From a virus (lineage: Duplodnaviria; Heunggongvirae; Uroviricota; Caudoviricetes; Straboviridae): 19,195 bases of DNA. Shown one piece after another: positions 15,362 to 19,195 of the stretch. The translations under genes and the position numbers were made by a program. Every line of letters starts with the position of its first letter. Position 1 is the first letter of the stretch. The notes below the pieces were generated by a model. The model had not been told where the DNA came from. It was given only the letters and a program-made list of their open reading frames with translations, and made no database searches. The stretch spans positions 1 to 19,195 of IMG/VR virus record IMGVR_UViG_638275431_000001; one strand, given 5' to 3'.

Positions 15362-15646
15362 TTACGCAATAAAACCTTTAGCACCCAATTGACGACATGC
15401 TTCCAACAGAATTTCGCGATGTTGAGCATATTCTAAACGTGAGAATGGCTTTCCTTGTGTAACCAAGTACGAATCAATTTCTGCAGCATTAACAGCCATC
15501 TCATACACAACATCCTTCATCATGCTCGGTAAACAATTTGTGTAGATTGTTTTCAGAATATTGAGATGAGGCTGATTTCTAAGATTCTTTAATGCCACAT
15601 GACCTAAAGCCTCGCATGCTTCTTGAGCGGCTTCGAACGTAATCAT
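15362..15646 (-). CDS. hypothetical protein
   Basis: 94 aa, ATGA-coupled to 61.1. Confidence 0.7.
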   Translation of the reverse strand: MITFEAAQEACEALGHVALKNLRNQPHLNILKTIYTNCLPSMMKDVVYEMAVNAAEIDSYLVTQGKPFSRLEYAQHREILLEACRQLGAKGFIA

Positions 15647-15834
15647 TTCTTCTTCTTTTCCTTCTTAGGAAGGGCTTTAGGCCCAGGGGAAATGACTGCG
15701 CCAGACGTTTTACCAGCTGCGATGTTGACTGGGTCTCCTCCAGAATCACCAGCCACAACATCTTCGTCAACCTGTATATCCATATTGACATGATCTTTCT
15801 GTTTACCAGAACACTCTAGAAATGTTTTCATCAT
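15643..15834 (-). CDS. 61.1: gp61.1 homolog
   Basis: EDVVAGDSGGDPVNIAAGKTSGAV...GP...PKK matches T4 61.1 (EDMVAGDSGGNPENI..G.TSGAV..GP..IPKK). Confidence 0.85.
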   Translation of the reverse strand: MMKTFLECSGKQKDHVNMDIQVDEDVVAGDSGGDPVNIAAGKTSGAVISPGPKALPKKEKKKK

Positions 15835-15864
15835 CAGTTTCCTATATAGATGGCCGTTAGGCCA

Positions 15865-17278
15865 TCAGAAATTCATTGTAGCGGCAAGTTCGTCAAGATG
15901 TTGTCTTGAGTTATTTCCCTTCGTATTGTCAGCTTGTCTCGGAGAAGGCGTGTTTGGCGTTCCCGGCCTTGATTGTTCTTCTTCTACATCGTACCATCTC
16001 TGGGTTGCCCTTTTTAACACCCATTTTGAATTTGTTAATCCAATTTTTATCTCCATACCGCGATTTTATCTGCTTCATCAATTGGAGACCCATTTGAGCT
16101 AACTCTTCGGTTTCCATCACTGCGAGCATAAAATCGGCAGTTGCTGGTAAGCCAGCAGATTCAGCTACATCAGACATGTCGATGTCGGTCGAATCCCATG
16201 CCGATCGAGTAGTTTGAGCACCAGTCCATAGAACAACTTGATGTTGGACAGCCAGGCCACGCAATTCTTCGGCAATAGCTTTTACCAAAGTATACGAGTT
16301 CTCAGAACCTCCACGAATTCGTGTGGACGCGCAGATACCCAAATAGTCCACAATAACAACATCTGCTTTGAAGTTTTTCTTCAGCTTCAGCTCGTTCAAA
16401 AACGCGTTGAAATGATTGGCATTTGCACCAGAAGTTGGGTATTGCTTGATAATCAAACGACCCATATTTCTGGATTTCAGACGCTCCATCCGAGCTTTAT
16501 ACTCGGCAAAGCTCATGTTGCCATCATCTATTTCGTCAAGCGTAACGTCAAGCAAGTTGGCATCTATACGTTTGGCAACCACGTGCTCAGCCATCTCCAT
16601 TGAGAAATATACGACGTTTTTGCCAGTTTGGAGATAATCTGCGGCTAAAGAGCAAAGGCCTAGAGATTTACCAACGTTGACGCCTGCCATAATAACGTTT
16701 AGAGTGCCAAGTTCTGCACCACCCTTGGTTATTTTATTCAGAACGTTTGAGATGAACGGGACTTTATTCGCTTTGGATTGATAAAGCATATAACGTCGTT
16801 CATAATCTTCAAACCAATCATGCCCGACTGAGCCATCAAACGAAATAGCCAATGCTTCTTTCATCAAATCTTCGATTGCACCAACATCTGGCAATTTCTT
16901 ATTTCGTTCTTCGAATGGTTTGGCTGCATTTTCCTGTATCTCGATTGCCTTAGACAACGCGTTATACATCGCTTGGTCTTTGCAGTAAGATTCAGTTTCT
17001 TTAATTAACCAGGCATGATCTTCTGGTTTAGAAGACAGGCGAGCCAAAACTTCCTTCACACCGTCATGAGTTACTTGATCGATAGATTTTTTGTCAAGCG
17101 CAATTGCAAGTGCAGTTTTGGTTGGGATTGTATTGTACTCATTCACATGTTTTTGAATGAGTTTAAAAATCTCGCGGTAAGGCCCACGGTCGAAATAATC
17201 TTCTTTTATGTACGGGTACGCCGAAATAAAGTACGTATTGTTGAAGAGAAGGTTCTCCAATATTGTTTCTGGCATCAT
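15865..17278 (-). CDS. 41: replicative helicase gp41 (one-base frameshift near the 3' end)
   Basis: Walker A AGVNVGKS, FSMEMAE, IVDYLGI, AESAGLPATADF and KSRYGD. The T4-like tail QRWYDVE...LDELAATMNF is in another frame; deleting one G at 16002-16004 gives 470 aa. Confidence 0.95.
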
Positions 17279-18015
17279 GATTTATTCTCCGGCGGAACAA
17301 AGCCTTTTTCGGCAAATTCTTTAACTAGATTTTGTAACTCATTTCGAGTGTAATTATATATCGAATTCGTTGACAGCCAACTAGAAAATTTAACCTTTTT
17401 GAGTTTACCTGATTCAACCCAGAGATTATAGAGATCTTCTTTTTCGCTATTCCATCTCGCGCCGGTGCGCTGATGTGTCAACCCGGTAAAAGCAATTGAC
17501 ATATTACGCTTAGCCTCATCCGATCTTTTAAGACCTTTAAGAGCTAAACTCATTTTAGCTCTAGATTCAGCTGTATGTTTACTACCATACCGAGGATTAT
17601 TTGATCCCCTAGATCTAATTGTTCCAGTGTTGTGGTGCAATTCTCCTCGATAGTTCAGCGTAGCTTCAGCCAAAATACTTTTGAGTTCATCGCAATCAAA
17701 GTCCTTCCTGGTTGATTGGGTTCCTTTCAGGTTCACTATAGCGCTAATGCCGGCCCACGCTTTAGGGTCATTTGTTGCTCTCGCTAATGCCAGATGCGCT
17801 CGGCAATGATCAATATACGACAACTTAGCCTTATTCCACGGGTATATTTCGAATGATTCAAATTCAATGAAGATTGACGTTGGTAAAATATGATGCCATT
17901 CGCCATTGCAATCGTATTTGCCGCATATAGTGAGATACTCGTCTATCGGAGTTTCATCTACGTTATATCTTGTCAAAAGATGTTCTTTAGCGATAACCAG
18001 ATTCGTTTCCACCAC
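17275..18015 (-). mobile_element. free-standing HNH homing endonuclease (Mob-like) with NUMOD3-like repeats
   Basis: 246 aa, GTG start. EWHHILP...NKAKLSYIDHCRAHLAL plus the repeats HTAESRAKMS and RSDEAKRNMS. Sits between genes 40 and 41, which are adjacent in T4. Confidence 0.85.
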
Positions 18016-18299
18016 GGCTCATTTTCCTCTTTTTGTTTGTCTTCTTTCATAATTTGGTTAATCTGAGCATTCATAGCTTCATGAACAAGTTGATGAATTT
18101 CATCATTTTCATTAACTGCTTTGTAATCTACAGGCAGTTTTCCATCATGTATATGAGCATCAAAAATATAAACAAGGTGTGATTTGCCCGATTTATCGAT
18201 TATCAACAGCTCTTGTTTAACGTTTTCCATAGCATGCTGTATAAGAGCATGAGCGTCATTTAAGTTTTTGGGAGTTTCATCATCAGTGGTAGATGCCAT
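17973..18299 (-). CDS. 40: gp40 head vertex assembly chaperone
   Basis: 108 aa. AMENVKQEL...G..HLVYI...DGK...VD matches T4 gp40 and the position is syntenic. Confidence 0.85.
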   Translation of the reverse strand: MASTTDDETPKNLNDAHALIQHAMENVKQELLIIDKSGKSHLVYIFDAHIHDGKLPVDYKAVNENDEIHQLVHEAMNAQINQIMKEDKQKEENEPWWKRIWLSLKNIF

Positions 18300-18322
18300 A
18301 AATGTTCCCTTTGTGTGGTGAC

Positions 18323-18351
18323 ATTATATCAACCCTATAAAGATTCTAAAC
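18323..18351 (-). promoter_or_regulatory. promoter for the 40-HNH-41 operon
   Basis: GTTTAG-17 bp-TATAAT with TGn extension. Confidence 0.7.
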
Positions 18352-18378
18352 ATAGCGAGCAATATTATGCTCGCTATG
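18351..18378 (-). terminator. 11-bp hairpin after gene 42 (probable terminator)
   Basis: CATAGCGAGCA/TGCTCGCTATG with a 6-nt loop and a short TTT tail. Confidence 0.65.
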
Positions 18379-18392
18379 CCTGAAATTGAGAA

Positions 18393-19067
18393 TTATTGAG
18401 CAATATATTGTTCAATGAGGCCAAAATGTCTTTTATACACATGGAGTGAATCAGCACACCAGTAGATATCACCCTTTTCTACCATGATTTCATGGGATTG
18501 AAGAGTATCAACCAGTCTAGACAAAACATAATCCTGCCACGCCCAGTCATTCCGATAACCAAAAATAGCATCATTCGATCTCATATGAACGACTGCATTC
18601 AGTTTTCCATCCCGGATCTGGTATTGGACATTATTGGTGCACATGAAATCAGACATGCCATTTGCATTGTAATCGGTGTGCATAGATGGCCGAGTATAAA
18701 TCATGTTTGCACGGCGGGTATATGGGTTTTCAATTAGATGTTTGACAACATTTGCAAACTGATTTCCATTTTCTTCGCTGAAAATAGCCCAACCATAATT
18801 GGAGTTGATCATACCGTTACAATCTGCAACGGCTTCCCAAATTGCTGGGGTTTTACCTGGAATATCAGCAACATAACGAGATTGACTCAAATACCAAGAC
18901 AACTCTCGCTCAATATAATCGTGATTGAGTTTACCGAAAATTAGATCTTCATCGGCCTTAAACATAACTGGAGCAATTTCGACGGTTTTAACTCCGGATT
19001 TGTCAGTAACAAATTCATTTGATTTGTATTTTGACACCATGATGTCACGAATATCTTGAACAGTCAT
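18393..19067 (-). CDS. 42: dCMP hydroxymethylase gp42 (thymidylate synthase fold)
   Basis: INSNYGWAI, IYTRPSM, catalytic DFMCTN, MRSND, and the cytosine-specifying Asp of YRND (T4 Asp179). Start MTVQ at 19067, or 19077 if a one-base error is corrected. Confidence 0.93.
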   Translation of the reverse strand: MTVQDIRDIMVSKYKSNEFVTDKSGVKTVEIAPVMFKADEDLIFGKLNHDYIERELSWYLSQSRYVADIPGKTPAIWEAVADCNGMINSNYGWAIFSEENGNQFANVVKHLIENPYTRRANMIYTRPSMHTDYNANGMSDFMCTNNVQYQIRDGKLNAVVHMRSNDAIFGYRNDWAWQDYVLSRLVDTLQSHEIMVEKGDIYWCADSLHVYKRHFGLIEQYIAQ

Positions 19068-19086
19068 ATAACGGCATACTATTTCC

Positions 19087-19195
19087 TCAAATATCAAACA
19101 TGTCAAACAAATTATTCCTAAATTCATAATCTGTTTTCGTAGCTTCGCAAATTGAAGCAAGTGGTTTAACGAATGTTTTATCAAAAAGCTTATTT
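19087..19195 (-). CDS. 43: 3' end of family B DNA polymerase gp43 (partial)
   Basis: Hand translation NKLFDKTFVKPLASICEATKTDYEFRNNLFDMFDI-stop. KTFVKPL and the clamp-binding LFDMFD tail match RB69/T4 gp43. Not in the ORF track. Confidence 0.9.
   Translation of the reverse strand, partial: NKLFDKTFVKPLASICEATKTDYEFRNNLFDMFDI

Noticed and set aside
15327-15429. N-terminal extensions in the ORF track for primase, gene 42 (19184), 6854, 8590, 8988 and 12170
   Set aside because: They overlap upstream genes. Downstream ATGs have SD sites or stop-start coupling and match homolog starts.
16000-16015. Programmed ribosomal frameshift in gene 41
   Set aside because: No canonical slippery site or stimulator is evident, and similar single-base excesses occur in several unrelated genes in this window, which points to sequencing error.
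109-18944. All plus-strand ORFs in the track (for example 2020-2532, 9538-10167, 11146-11856, 4246-4722)
   Set aside because: They are antisense shadows of well-supported minus-strand genes, with no SD sites and no recognisable motifs.

Overview
A 19.2-kb segment of a T4-like (Straboviridae-type) lytic phage genome, covering the early/middle replication region. All credible genes lie on the minus strand, in T4 order: rIIA, small early ORFs, fused topoisomerase 39+60, MazG-like, cef, HAD phosphatase, dexA, dda, 56 (dCTPase), LprI-like exported protein, denV, 61 (primase), 61.1, 41 (helicase), an HNH homing endonuclease, 40, 42 (dCMP hydroxymethylase) and the 3' end of 43 (DNA polymerase). T4 sequences used for comparison are recalled from memory, not searched. 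uvsX, beta-glucosyltransferase, imm, sp and soc are absent from their T4 positions, which suggests a relative of the Aeromonas T4-like phages (inference only). Several genes need single-base homopolymer corrections (41, dda, two small ORFs, probably the start of 42), most likely sequencing errors. The most unusual observations are: (1) promoters whose -10 box is bracketed by inverted repeats of unrelated sequence; (2) two oppositely oriented non-coding islands sharing a GCGAAGC hairpin plus CCAGGT repeats, one fed by an antisense late promoter; (3) a signal-peptide LprI-like lysozyme-inhibitor candidate near where T4 keeps spackle; (4) a family of small GoF-like paralogs.
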